64,000 nucleotides of DNA from Epiperipatus broadwayi (lineage: Eukaryota; Animalia; Onychophora). Under the pieces are notes generated by a model. That model made no database searches and had not been told where the DNA came from. It was given only the letters and a program-made list of their open reading frames with translations. The stretch is from contig JAQFVV010000010.1 in NCBI GenBank assembly GCA_028023455.1, forward strand, positions 2,418,001 to 2,482,000, given 5' to 3'. Made by a program: the position numbers and the translations under genes. The number at the start of each line of letters is the position of its first letter. The first letter of the stretch is position 1. Shown piece by piece: positions 13,068 through 25,829 of this stretch.

Positions 13068-13111
13068 ACCAACTGATGAGTACTGGTTTAGCACGAAATA
13101 TGTATATTGGT
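13068..13111 (+). ncRNA. Minimal type I hammerhead ribozyme (copy B, intact core)
   Basis: accaa CTGATGA GTACT ggttt AGCAC GAAA TATGTA TA ttggt. Stem I accaa/ttggt, one stem II mismatch, predicted cleavage after A13106. Confidence 0.78.
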
Positions 13112-13876
13112 AATTACTTATCTTTTCAACATGTGTGTGATCAGGTGGGTAAGCAATATGAGATGGCATGGAGAGTTGAGGGTCATGTGAAAGTCTGAGT
13201 TCGAATCCCTTATATATTATAAATGCAGATGTGTGTAAGCCTGTACAGCATATTAAGTTACATATTAAAACATAGTGAGTTAAAGGTCTGCTCATCCCTC
13301 GCATATGCATGTAAAAATGGATTATTCTCCAGATGAAGGGTCAGAATGTCTAATATCAACATGGCTAGGATAACAAGCTTGGCACTCACATGGACTTTGA
13401 ACATTCCATCATCAGATTTTCAATGAAATGGATGGCTGAAGAGTTGTGGATTGGAGTGGTTTGAAGCTTGACCATTAAAGTATAAAGATTGGCTATCTTA
13501 ATATAAAGCTGAGTACTGATTGTATATATGTGTGGAGATGGTAATCTGGACCAACTGATCGAGTGCTGGTTTAGTACAAAATACGAGTATTAGTGATTAT
13601 TTATCTTTTTAATATGTGTGCAGTCAATTGGGTCAGCAATATGAGATGGCATGGAGAGTTGAGGGTCGTGTGAAAGTCTGAGTTCTAATGCCTTATATAA
13701 TAATTATTCTACAATAAAGCTAAAATTTAGGAATATGGCAAATTGTATTTTTTTTTTCTACTTGAAGCAAAAAAGTTAAAAGAGCTGCAAAGAAGGAAGT
13801 GAAAATTAGATTGATGAAAAAAAGTGATTTTAAAATGGTTGCGTTTGTATTTGAACATTTATTTTATTAATAAAAC

Positions 13877-14091
13877 AGGAAAAACTCACTATATATATTT
13901 TGCCGCACACAGCAAGCTAGAGTAATCATTGAATGCCAGAAGGCTTGTGCATAAAATCCCCATCTAGTGCCTACTCATCCAATATCACCAGACAAGCCTT
14001 CTGGCATCCATTGATATATATAGTGAGTTTTGCCTGTTTTAACAACAGTTATACACAAGCATAAGAGGAGATGGTCATGTGATGTTTATTG
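13877..14091. mobile_element. Short fold-back interspersed element (family also at 28041-28276)
   Basis: Inverted arms aaaacagg.aaaactc / gagttttgcctgtttt, a shared core gcataaaatccccatctagtgcctactcatccaatatc, and a ~55-bp unique tail. Flanked by the direct repeat attaataaaac (13866-13876, 14092-14102). Confidence 0.65.
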
Positions 14092-15549
14092 ATTAATAAA
14101 ACTTAATAGAATTGTATAATTATATTAAAAATTGAAATTCTCTTAAAAACAAATGCAATAACAATAACAAAAAATTATTTTAACTGTTTGATTTATTCAT
14201 AAATTTCTATTATTTAAACATTTGTTATGCACAGCAATTATTACTCTAATAATGAGGCTAAATTCCAGGAACTTGAAAAAGCACATTTTTCTTTCTTACA
14301 TGTAAATATTTATTTATAAATTTCCAAGTAAAAATATGTTTATGTTTATCCTGTTAAAAAGAGCTATAGGATCAAAGAGTATATGTCATTTGTGAGCCAT
14401 AAGTTGCAGACCCTTTGCGCACATAAATTATATAACTTCTGACTAAAATATTCTTTTATCCTGTAGCAATAATATATCTTTCTTGGTTTTTAATGATTTA
14501 TCTTTGCATTAAAGAATTTTAATCATGTTCATAAAAACATCAATCTTATTGGTGAATCTCAAATTAGGATATAGCTACTAATATATAAATTTAATTATTA
14601 ATATGATTGTTTGATCCTGTTTGAGAATATGTTACTAATTTTAATATGTTGTATTGCTAAAAGGTAGTATTCAAAACTTTTTAAGAAATAATGTTTAAAC
14701 TTAAATATAGAATGAACAGTGGAATATATATGATAACATTGTTTGTGTTCTTTTTACCATTGAAATCTAACCTTTACATATACATGTTATTGAAAGCTTA
14801 TAAATGATTAAAATTTATTAATATTCTTATATGATTTAATAGATTTTTAAATTTTTGTTTTTTAATATGCCTCAGTGAAAAAATGATTAGTTCTCCCTAA
14901 AAGTTGCCTACTGTGCCATCTCTGAATCAATACATTAAAATACAATATAGTTCAGTTATTTACCACAATAATTTTAAGGCATTAACATATCTAGATCATG
15001 AATTTATGATATAAAATGTGTTTTATACTTTCATGGATTGTCTTCAGTGCTCTTTTTGCTATCATGAAATCTTGCAAATCACTTTAAAACAATTTTGCCA
15101 TACATGGCTTCATTGCTGTACATAGTATGAATCATTTTGCCCAATTTAAAACAAAATTTAACATTAACATGGTCTATCATGGATTAAAGTACAAAGCACA
15201 CAATTTATATTGCAATTCATGATCCAGACACTCTAATGCTTTAAAATTAGTGTGGTGAATAGCTAAGACATGTTACTATGTAAAACATTAATACATTTGT
15301 TGATTCAGAAAAGATACTGAAGGCAACTTAGAAAGAGAAACAGCCACATTTTCATTAGAATATACTATATATCTTTTTAGAACTTTTTTTATTCTCATTG
15401 AAACTTATAATTTTAATTTTTATTCTTTTTTTTTTTTTGGTTATGTAGGTTTAATCATTTCAAAAGTTTATTTATTTACAATTGTTTTTAAGTAAAAAAG
15501 TTTTTTAATTAAAAAATATTACTAGGTCTCTCTCTTATGAAGGATTATT

Positions 15550-17370
15550 CGAAAGCAAAAATTAGACATTTAACAGCAACAATCTTAAAATCAAAATGGT
15601 CTATGTTACTATTAATGGAATCAATACTATCACTAACTGATATACCTAAAATTTCATTCTCATCACATGGCATTTCAATATGTGAATAAGGTCATCAGAA
15701 AAGAAAAATGATATACAAGATATATTTCTGGTTGAATTAGTGCTTCAAATCAGCCAGATCGCAATTTCCTATATGTCTTCATCTTCATTCTATATTTATC
15801 AATATCAAATTATTGTAATGTAATCTACAAGTGCCAGATTTCTTGCATTCAAACTGTGTTTAAAATATATGTAGTGATATAGAGATTTTAAGTATGTTTA
15901 AAGTAATGTACCAATTAAAACATCTTCGCTGACAAATCAGCCATATTGAATATTTAAAAAATTATGTTAAACCACAAATTTTGTCATAACAAAAATTTGT
16001 ATTATTCAAAAATGACATAATATATATTGTTAGAAACATAAAATACCAAAGAATGTAATTAAGCTGGAAAAAATATAGTCATTGATATTCAAAGTGATAA
16101 AAAAAAGAATAAAAGTTAATATTTCTAATAATTATTTTTATATTTTTTCATAAATTCAAAATTATCATCCATAAATTTTAAAACTATAATTTTTTTAGTA
16201 GGTTAATTGCATTCAGCATTAAATTTCTGATAAATTGATATATAATAACACTTATCTAAGATAATCCATCACTTGGACCCTTCGTAGAATAAAGATATTA
16301 GTATCTTTCATTTTTCCTAGTAACCCTTCAAAATGTTTTTCCATGCAAGGGTTTGCAATGAATATGCCATCCCTAATAACATCCCTTATAACAAGTAGTA
16401 TAATTTGAATATTATAATAAATAACTTCAATAGTTTGTAATTTATTAAAAATTATTACTAAAATAGTTACTATATATAAAATAAAATATGAATGAAATAT
16501 TAAATTCATTATAGAGTTAAGCTTGAGATACATAAGTTAGTAGTTTGAGAACTCATATTGCTTCATGCTACTATGACCATAAATTTAGTAATAGCTTCAT
16601 TAACTGCCATCTCTCTTTGCATTTGATATACAGCTTTGAAATTTACATTGCAGTAGTCTATAATCGGCCTAAATTTATATACTGTCAAAATCTTTACTTT
16701 TAGCATTTGCGTATTTTTATTATTATTAAAATGCAGATGATATTATAGAAAAAATCTAAATCAGGTCATAATATTTGCAAAATATGTTTATCTTTGTCTC
16801 ATATCAGAAGTCCAGATATCAGCTAATTCATATACGGGACATCTGGACCCAAGCCCATATCATATCAAAAAATGCAGATAATTCACAATATAAATTTAAA
16901 CAATCACAAACTATTTTTTTGATCAATGTATATGTTAGTTTCAATAATATTTTTTACGTATATTTTTTTATCAAATATAAATTCAAATAATAATTAAAAA
17001 ATATATGTAATTAAATACCATCTGCTCCTAATAACATTCATTCAACTAAGTACATAGGTAAAATCTTGTATTTTTTCTGATGTAAATTTCAGGGCAACTC
17101 CAATTTCATTAAAAATAAAAAAACTGAATGAAAGACAAAAAAATTCAATTTACTTGATCACAAAAATTATCATAAAATTATTAATTTTTATCATAGAAAA
17201 ATGAAACCTGAAACTAAAAAGAAAGATGGAAACGAAGATGGTAAAAGTGCATGCATAGTCTGTGTAGATTTTTGGTAGTTTTTAGCTAAAACCGGATGTT
17301 TATAATTTGAAAATTCATGGCTACATTATGCGGTTGTAATAATGAAACATAAAAAGAAAGAGGGTTAGAC
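15550..17370 (-). mobile_element. piggyBac (PGBD4-like) transposase relic
   Basis: The minus strand has REMAVNEAITKF.GHSSMKQY (~16540-16620), matching the DE.MI.FKGR.S.KQY motif, plus LYSTKGPSDGLS (~16260-16300) and an MGL..P..W-type segment (~16800-16860). A possible end gagggttag lies near 17360. Boundaries are uncertain. Confidence 0.55.
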
Positions 17371-18599
17371 TTGGATAATGATACCACGTGATTGTGTTTA
17401 TAAGAATAGATTTATTAATTTTTAATTAAATTTAAAGTTTATATCTGATAAAAAATGTTATGATAGTTTCTAGCCTAATAAACTGACAGTAATAATCACT
17501 TGATGTAAGTAAATTCAATCTCATTTTAAATTGTCTCTATTGCTATCGCAGAATCTTATAAGGTTCTATTAATTATCTTGTGACAATATATCTCCATTAT
17601 GCAATACTATACATTTATTGTGTCATATTAATGTTTTAAGTCTCATAGTATTATGTCTATATTGCTAAATAAACAGAAATGATATATTTGCAGCCTAAGT
17701 TGTTATATAGCAAACAAAATATTAGGTTGCAGATAAAGATGGTATCATTTTTTATTTGTTTAGTAAGTTCGACATGATACTGCAAGACAGAATATTCTTA
17801 TATGGCATTATGAGAGATGACAGTTCTGAATTATTTATATAATATTTAATGCAATATATTTATAATATTGCATAATGGAGAAAAGTTAGATATTTCATAA
17901 TTTGAATACTAGTTGATTATCTTGAGAATATTAATTGAATAGGGATTTCATTAGAATATTAATTAAATAGGGATTTCATTCTCACACTCACCATTGTAAT
18001 AATTTATTTCCTATATAGCAACTTAGATAGTAGATAAAAATGATATTATTTTTATTTGCTTAGCAATTTAGATGTGACCCTACAAGACTTATGTAATATA
18101 GTGCTTTGACTGATGAGCATTCTGAATTCATAGTTGTAATCATTGATATATTTATCTAAAGTGGATGTCAAATATCAGTATAAGAAATTTGGCACTTGGA
18201 TATTAAATTATAGAATTTAATTATTATCAACTGATGTCAATTGGGGTGAATAGCATAAAATATGGAACAGCTTCTTATAAATGAGTATTGCCATTCTAAC
18301 CTCAAGGAAAAAAAACTGCTTTAGAAATGAGTTTTGCAATGATTGTACAAAATAGTCTATGTACCACAAATACATACACAAATAGAATATGCTGGTCCAT
18401 TTTTCTGTTTGCTATTTTATAATGCTGATTTTTAATTTCTTCAGAAATTTTTTTTTTTCTGAAATACTCTAACACAATGTCTAATTCTAGTTTTCCAATG
18501 TTTATTATTCTCTGCTATATTTTTTTCAATGGAAATAACCAATATTTCATTTCTTTAAAATGTCTTTGAGATTCTTTTAGGAAATGTTGCATTGCTTAT

Positions 18600-21500
18600 T
18601 CATTATATATAATAAATGGTGTGATTTTACAACCATAAACTCTATAATATCACACAGCAAGTTGAAAGACATGTATTTTTAAAATTTTATGAAACTCTTT
18701 TAATGTCTTTATATTTTATTTACAGGGTGTCCAAATCTCATGTTTATACAATAAATTAGGTAAAATAATAGATCCATATACAGTTAACTTAGTTACAATA
18801 ACTATTTTCTTGTATTGAAATATTCTATCTTTTAATTTGTTAAAAATAGCAGAAGCACATTAGAGTCTATGCTGGACCTCAATGTCTAAATCCATCTTTC
18901 TACTTGTAAAACTACTAACTTATTTAAATTGGTTTCTCTTCTCAAGTTGATAATCATTCTGCCTAACAGTTGCTGAGAATTTTTCCCCCCATCACTAGCT
19001 GAGAAAGAATTTGCATTTGTTGAACAGTAAACAGCAATTATTAAACAGTCTTTAAAATTGCATTCAAAACATTAAGTACATTATGTAAATCTCTTTTGAA
19101 CTGACAAAAATAGCACAATTATCAGCATATTGACAATCCACAGTCCAAAAAGATGAAGTTTTTGTTTTTACTTTTAATCGATTCAAAAATTGCACCATTA
19201 AACCTGTATCTCATCTTGATTCTTATTCATTAAACTATATGTAAGCAGTTTGAAAGACAACTGTCATCAAAATTAAAAATTGCATCAGCAAATCTGTATC
19301 TCATCTTGATCTTTATTTCTCTTTAAGCAGTTTCTAAAGATAATTGTCATAAAAATTAAAAAAAAAACAATGTTGGGGCAAGAATATACCCTTGTTTCTA
19401 ACACCTGTTTTCATTTTAAATGCTCAGATTTGTCATCTTTAGTAATAACACTTGCTCTCATTCCATTATTTAGTTGTATAATATGAATACATTTTGGTGG
19501 ACAACTGTGCTATAAACCTGTTCAATTATTTGAACCTAATAAAAAAAAGCAATATATAAATCACTCCCTTGTTCCTGATACTTTCTCCCCGCTTACCTGG
19601 CAACAAAAACATGACCATAGTACTTATTGATTCTTTAAAACCATATTGAGTTTCTTATAACTATTCATCTATGACTGGAAGCAACCAGTCTTGAAAGTAC
19701 CTTTGCTATATAATAATGCTATTCCATGATAATTAGGCAATCTTGTCTATTTTTTTGATTTTTAAAAATTGGAAAAATAATAGCATCCTTAAGCTTTAAG
19801 CAGTAGAACTTCATGGGTTCTTATATTCCTAAATAATTCCAATGTTTTTGAAGCTAACATATACTATCATATTTTAAACCATCTCCAAGTATTTCATGAA
19901 TTACATGCAGTCTTTCCATTTTTAAGATTACAAAATGAATTAAGTTGGATATCTTTGTCCAAATCTAAATGAGTCACTAAAAGTCATCATCTTAATTTTT
20001 GTATCATTATTCAAAAGATGATCAAAATATTCCTTTTACTTTTTCAAAATATTATTAAAGTCATATAAGAGAGGGTCATTGTTGAATTTAATAGGTGTAT
20101 GATATCATTTTTTAGACCTATATATTGCTTTCAGTGCAGCAAAAAAAATAAAAAAAAGATCTAGAATGATTCACAATCAGAGAATTTCTATATCTTGCAG
20201 TTTTAATCTATTAATCATTTTTTAAGTGTTCTTGTCAGTCATTGAACTTCTGTTTTCAGATCTCTATATTTATTATGAAGTTTCTCACATTTAATTTATT
20301 ATAATCTGCTAAGCAGAAAATACTGTTTCTTTTAATCAAATCACTAATAATAAGATCATTAATTGAAAACCAGTTATAATTCTTTTTTTAAGTAAACCCA
20401 AGAATAGGTATATTTGTATCCATAACATATTTATTCCTTAAGAGAAATCAATTCTTCAGTAGTACGGCAATCTTTTAAGTTTAAATTAGTTATTTTTGTG
20501 CTTAATAGCTGTTGAAATTTAGTCTGCAGATCTAAATGATGAACATAAATTTTTTTGAATATGATTGAAATAATATTTAGTATAGTGATTTTTCTGCATT
20601 TGTGACAGTTCATGGACTATTCAAAAATTCCAACATACCATTTGAATTTACAGCATAAATATCACTTTCAGCAACTCTCGGCCAAAGTCTACTATTTATT
20701 TCAACACATGTACTAAAGTCTCCAAGAAAGAAAAAAATATTCTTTTAATAATATTGTTGTAGTAAAGCTATTTAGCAAGAAACTGAATCAAATGTTGAAA
20801 CATAGGCACTAATAAAATGAAAACCAGTATCATTGAGCAAGACAAGTTTTAATACCATTGAGCAAGGCAACCTTTAATACCATAAGTCTTTTATTGATAC
20901 AAGATATTCCAAGAATAAACGATTGTAAATTAGACTTTATAACAAATCCTATACCATGCATTCTCCTTTCACTGATTGATCTGCTCTTCCAAAAAAATTT
21001 GTAGATATCCACTTGTTCTATTAAATTTCTTTCCTCTGAAAGATGAGTTTCATTATGAGTAGCTATATCAATTTTAAATTTAGATAACTCCTTGGCCAGC
21101 AATGCAATTCTCTGTTCTAATCTTGCAGAGTTTTTATGTACCTACATTTAGTAAAAAATTATATTTATAATATTTATCTTTAGTGTTATCATTGCCTCTG
21201 TTTTACCATTACTACTAATATTATTTCTATTGCTATAATGAGCAATTCACTTCTGGTATTAAGGGTTTGTATCAAGTAAAGTTTGCACATTCCACATATC
21301 TATAATTAGAAAAAAAATAGATTTATAATACTTATCATTAGTATTGATACTGCCTCATGCTTTATCAGTACTACTGATATTATTAATGTTTCTAACACAA
21401 TAATAAGTAATCTGTTAGACAATATAACCTAAACAGACTGAGTGAAACAGGCTTAGGGATCTTTTCTGTGGTAGGTTAAAAGATCTCTAAATTAGGCTGC

Positions 21501-21600
21501 CTAATCTCCTGTCTCAAAGTCAGTTCTAGAAGACTTTAATGATTTTACTGCTTTGAAAAAAGATCACAACTAAGGACCGCCAACCTAGTAAGCTTCTACC
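18600..21600 (-). mobile_element. RTE-clade LINE relic (endonuclease plus RT)
   Basis: ORF 20830-21102 (ELSKFKIDIA..NETHLSEE...FFWKSR....RMHGIGFVIK) is an APE endonuclease. A GV.QG.ILAPT remnant is at ~19370-19410 and CQYADNCA at ~19110-19140. Confidence 0.75.
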
Positions 21601-22743
21601 ATCATTGTTTTCTTAATTCTTGATTTGAGCTAAAAAAAAAAAAAAAGAAAGAAATTGGAATAAAAAATGCTATGTATGTAGTAAAATGTTGGAATTGTGA
21701 CCGCACTCAATCCCATTGTAATAATTAATATAGGGAGATAAGACTTATGATGACAGGATCCTACACTAACTTAAGTGTTGAAAAAGGAAGACAGAAAAGA
21801 CTGTATTGAAAATAGCACGTAGTCTTTGATCAACTTTTATCACTCTATAAGGCAACAAAAGATATTCTAAATTAGACATTATTTATTTGTTATTCTCAGT
21901 TGTCCATCTCTGAAGGTCAATCCATTATACTGTATAACATTTTTGCTGTTGGTAATTTTAACACAGCATCTTCTTTTAATGCCATGTGAAGGGAATAACT
22001 ATATGCTAATATAGAAGTATTTGTTATTTTAAAAATGTAGTTATACATTAGACAAAGTTAAAATGATCATGACAAATTCAAATCATCTTAAATATGAAGT
22101 GCAATTAGTTATTCTATTTTTCAATGTGAGCCAATATTGCATTATACTAAAAAACATTTGTAAAGTTTAGACGTGTAATTGAAACTAATAGAAATGCTAA
22201 TATGCTATACCAGCTTTCTACATTTACCACAGAAATCATCAAGCAATTGTTGTCAAATCCATTAGGAAGTTTTAAACCATAATTCATCTTTTTATTTGAG
22301 TGATTTTCATCTGCTTGATGAAGAGATACAATTATTCTACATTATTGGAATATAAATACATATGTATAGATAGGCCAAACAAAAGTATTTTTAACTGATA
22401 TTTATGCTGACATTTCAAATGTATATATTAGAATATCTTTGACTAATGTATTGCCTATATAATTTAGTTTAGTGGTAAAGTGATGGACTTTGGAGTTCAA
22501 GAACCATGGATGACAGTTCCTGTCATTTCTGATGCTTAAGTTACTTTGAACTTCCAAACAATGTATCATTTGATTAAATGAATCATTTCATTAATTGAAT
22601 CATTTGATTATTTTATTTAGTTATTGAAAATTGAAGAAAGATTGAAATCTTTGAGCACATAGTTTACTTTTTCAAAAAGAAAAAAAATGTTTAAAATAAT
22701 GATAAAAACTATTAAAAGATAAGAAAAAAAAAGAAGCTAAAGG

Positions 22744-23085
22744 TAACTATGGGGTCATTTTCACCATCAATGATTAATATGGAACTTTATTCTTTACCCA
22801 AGAATACTTAGAAACCCATTTATAAAGCACGGTTGAATGCCTAATCTGTAGTCAGTTACTTCAAAGAAGAAATGTAATTTTTGTTTCAAGATTCAGAAAA
22901 CATGGTCATGAAGGAAACTATGGGGTCATTTTTACCATCAATGATTAATATGGAACTTTATTCTTCACTTAAGAATACTTAGAAACCCATTTACAAAGCA
23001 CTGTTGAATGCCTAATCCGTAGTCAGTTACTTCAAAGAAGAAATGTAATTTTTGTTTCAAGGTTCAGAGAACATGGTCATGAAGG
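22744..23085 (+). repeat. Tandem duplication, 2 x 171 bp, high identity
   Basis: aactatggggtcattt...catggtcatgaagg is repeated with an offset of 171 and only scattered substitutions. Confidence 0.9.
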
Positions 23086-24079
23086 CTGATGTACTAATTA
23101 TTATTCATTGATATCTTTTAAAATCAGTAACTGAATAACATATTCACTAGCAAACTCATTCTTCTGGTTTGTATTCTAATAATTATTGATATTTAATCAG
23201 AAGCTTATTATTATTTTTTGATTAGTTAATTAGTCTTGATCAATTTTTGAATTAAGCATATTACTTATAATCTATATGACATTAAAACACAATCAACACT
23301 ATGTCCAAAATTTGTTATTGGAAAGTTAAAAGCAGCATACGTTTAAAAAAAAATATTACTTCAGTGATCTATTACTACACACATGTCTAATGAAAATAGA
23401 GAAAAAACTATATAAAAATGAATAATACAGTGTTTTCATTATTATTACAAACTAGTTCATTCCTATTTCATTTCATTTGTTATGTAAATAGAAAATATTA
23501 CTTTATATCCATTATTATTACTTTTTTGCTGAAATGCAGATATATTTTGTATTAGATGAATAGATTATATTTATTAAGAGCCAAAAGTATTGCAATCAAA
23601 ATAGTAAAGAAAAAAAAATATTTTTAAGGATATGAAATAAAAAAAGGAAATCACATTTTTATTATTTGTTTTACAACAAAATCTTTATTGTGGAAGTGGT
23701 AAAAATGACATTTGTAAAATAGTTATTATTTTTTTTTAAACTGCTTTAAATTTCACTAATTTAGAATTATATTAAACTTACTGCATCTATATAAATATCA
23801 AGTGAAAACATATTCTTTCTATTTATTTCACTCATAATTATATTACACCTTACTTTGACATTTATTTAATATTAGCATTTATCTTTTTTTTATTGTTTTG
23901 AATAACAATAGCTTAATTTGAAGTCAAACATGTATACATGTATAAAATTTAACAAAATAGGATTACATAATCATTTGAAAAAATAAACAGAAATTTGTAT
24001 ATATATACAAACATATAAAGTTTGGGTTTTAGAAATGACCTATATATAATGCCATTTTGCAATGGGAATGTAATTCTGC

Positions 24080-24150
24080 ATGGTTCAGTATAGTGATGGG
24101 AAGGGTAGACCCTAAGCTGAAGATTCCTGGATTGATTTCCAGCTGAAAAA
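24080..24150 (+). mobile_element. Degenerate tRNA-derived SINE head (similar heads at ~22460-22520 and ~52545-52600)
   Basis: An A-box-like tagtgatgg and a B-box-like ggattgatttcc at tRNA-like spacing. Confidence 0.35.
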
Positions 24151-24799
24151 GAATATTGATTGGAATCAGTATTTTCAATCTATATTATTAATAAATTTGT
24201 TGTCTATGAAAAGATATTTGCCTTTATAACCATTTATATTATGATTAGAGCTTTGGAAACATGTTATTAACTTTGATTGCCATATTGTGGAAAACATCAA
24301 AATGCAACAACGAAAAAGATTAACATTGATAAGGGTCATATGATTATGTGATTCCATTGTTCCAAAATATGCTATAGTTGTTTTACAAGAGAGTACTTTG
24401 TTATTTGAAATGGAATAAAATTTAGAATGTGAAAGTAAATGGAAATTAATCAAGTTTACAGTTAACATGGTTATTTTTGAAAATAATATTGAGCTTCAGG
24501 AAATTTCACAGGAGATATAAAGTGAGAAGTAAATGCTTAAAATATAAACGGTTAAAATAGGTTAGTGACTTTTTGAAAAAAGAGAAAATAAAGATTGATA
24601 TTACTGGATTGGAAGACAGCAGCTATATATATCTTAGTCAAATTATTATTGCAGATGGAAACATAGTGTATGAAATAAATCACTGAAATAAATTTGCATG
24701 GAATGTTTTTAGTAGAATTATTTTAATTTTAAATTGCTATGAAAAGAAAGATATTTATAAACATATTCAATTGGTGCTTACTCATGAGTTGAAACAGAT

Positions 24800-25240
24800 A
24801 TTTAATAGTTCAAGGCAGAGACTGCAAACTATAAGTGAAATATATTGGGATTAAATAAGGAAGAATCACAAGTGATATGCATGGGTGAGAAAACTAATTT
24901 ATACATAAATATTATTGAATGAATTAAAAGACTGAAAAAAAGCTGGGTAAAGATATTACTAAAAGAGAGATAAGGATTGAATAACAAGTACCAAACTGGA
25001 TCCATGAAAAGTCTTAGAAAGAGATTATGTGAGATAGACAAAAAAGAAAATTAAGTTTTAGAAAGAGACCTTATATGAAATGAGAAGAGAATTATGGATC
25101 AGAAAAACAAGCTTGAAAGAGATAATAGATGAGATGGATAGATGAAATATCAAAAATTTGTTAAGGTGAAGTTGAAGAGAGATTGTGATTGATAAGACTA
25201 TCCTGCAGTGAATTAATAGTAGTTGAAGCTGATGATATAT
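24800..25240 (+). mobile_element. RTE-type LINE 3' fragment
   Basis: Purine-rich degenerate C-terminal coding sequence (ETW.M, W..HI.R and L.GEVE-like remnants). Confidence 0.4.
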
Positions 25241-25829
25241 ATATCTACATACACACACACACAATCATATTCTTGTAATTATATGTTGAACTATTTCTAT
25301 GATCTAATATTAGTTAATAAAATGTCTTAAAATTCAATAGGAAAAACCACTATTGAAATTTCTGATTCATCCATTAAAAGATCACAACTCTAAAGCAGTT
25401 CTTAATAATAATAATGTGTTTCTTTAGAAGATAGAAGAATTATTTGTAGATGAAAAAAATATCCATTTACCTAGACACTAACATCAGCTTTAATTCCCAA
25501 TAAGAAAATTTATAATACTTTGAAGTATACAACATCTTTATATTTGAAGAACAACTTGAATTTCCATTAAGAGTATTACTTTATGGTCTCTTTGATGGAT
25601 GGCTCTGTGAATAGTAAGAAGTCCCCCCCTTATTTGTGTAATAAAAATAAGCAAATGAAGTATTTATTGCATTACTTAGCAATCATAAATATTAGAAGTA
25701 TAAATGATAATAATAATATAAAAAAAGTCATTCACTTCCTGAAGCAGCATTACAATGATATACTGTGTATACATTTTGACTAATCAAGAACTGTAATAAT
25801 ATACTGCCTTATATACTATTAATTAAAGA

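Larger units (their letters stand above)
12337..13700. mobile_element. Retrozyme-like array: 480-bp HHR-containing unit, one inverted copy (12337-12877) plus 1.7 tandem copies (12878-13357, 13358-13700)
   Basis: ggcactcaca recurs at 12901 and 13381 (period 480). The left block is the reverse complement. Each unit has a CTGATGA...GAAA core and a gagttcgaatcc B-box-like motif. Confidence 0.85.

Noticed and set aside
12906-13310. 134-aa and 64-aa (12518-12712) ORFs with near-identical peptides
   Set aside because: They are the antisense reading of the 480-bp HHR repeat; the frame is not conserved among copies and there is no recognisable domain.
18108-18140. CTGATGAG motif (similar at ~35572 and ~39119)
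   Set aside because: No properly spaced GAAA with pairing stems I-III; chance matches.
22744-23085. Alpha-satellite or CRISPR-like interpretation of the 171-bp repeat
   Set aside because: Only two units, no spacers, and no alphoid similarity; the length match is coincidental.
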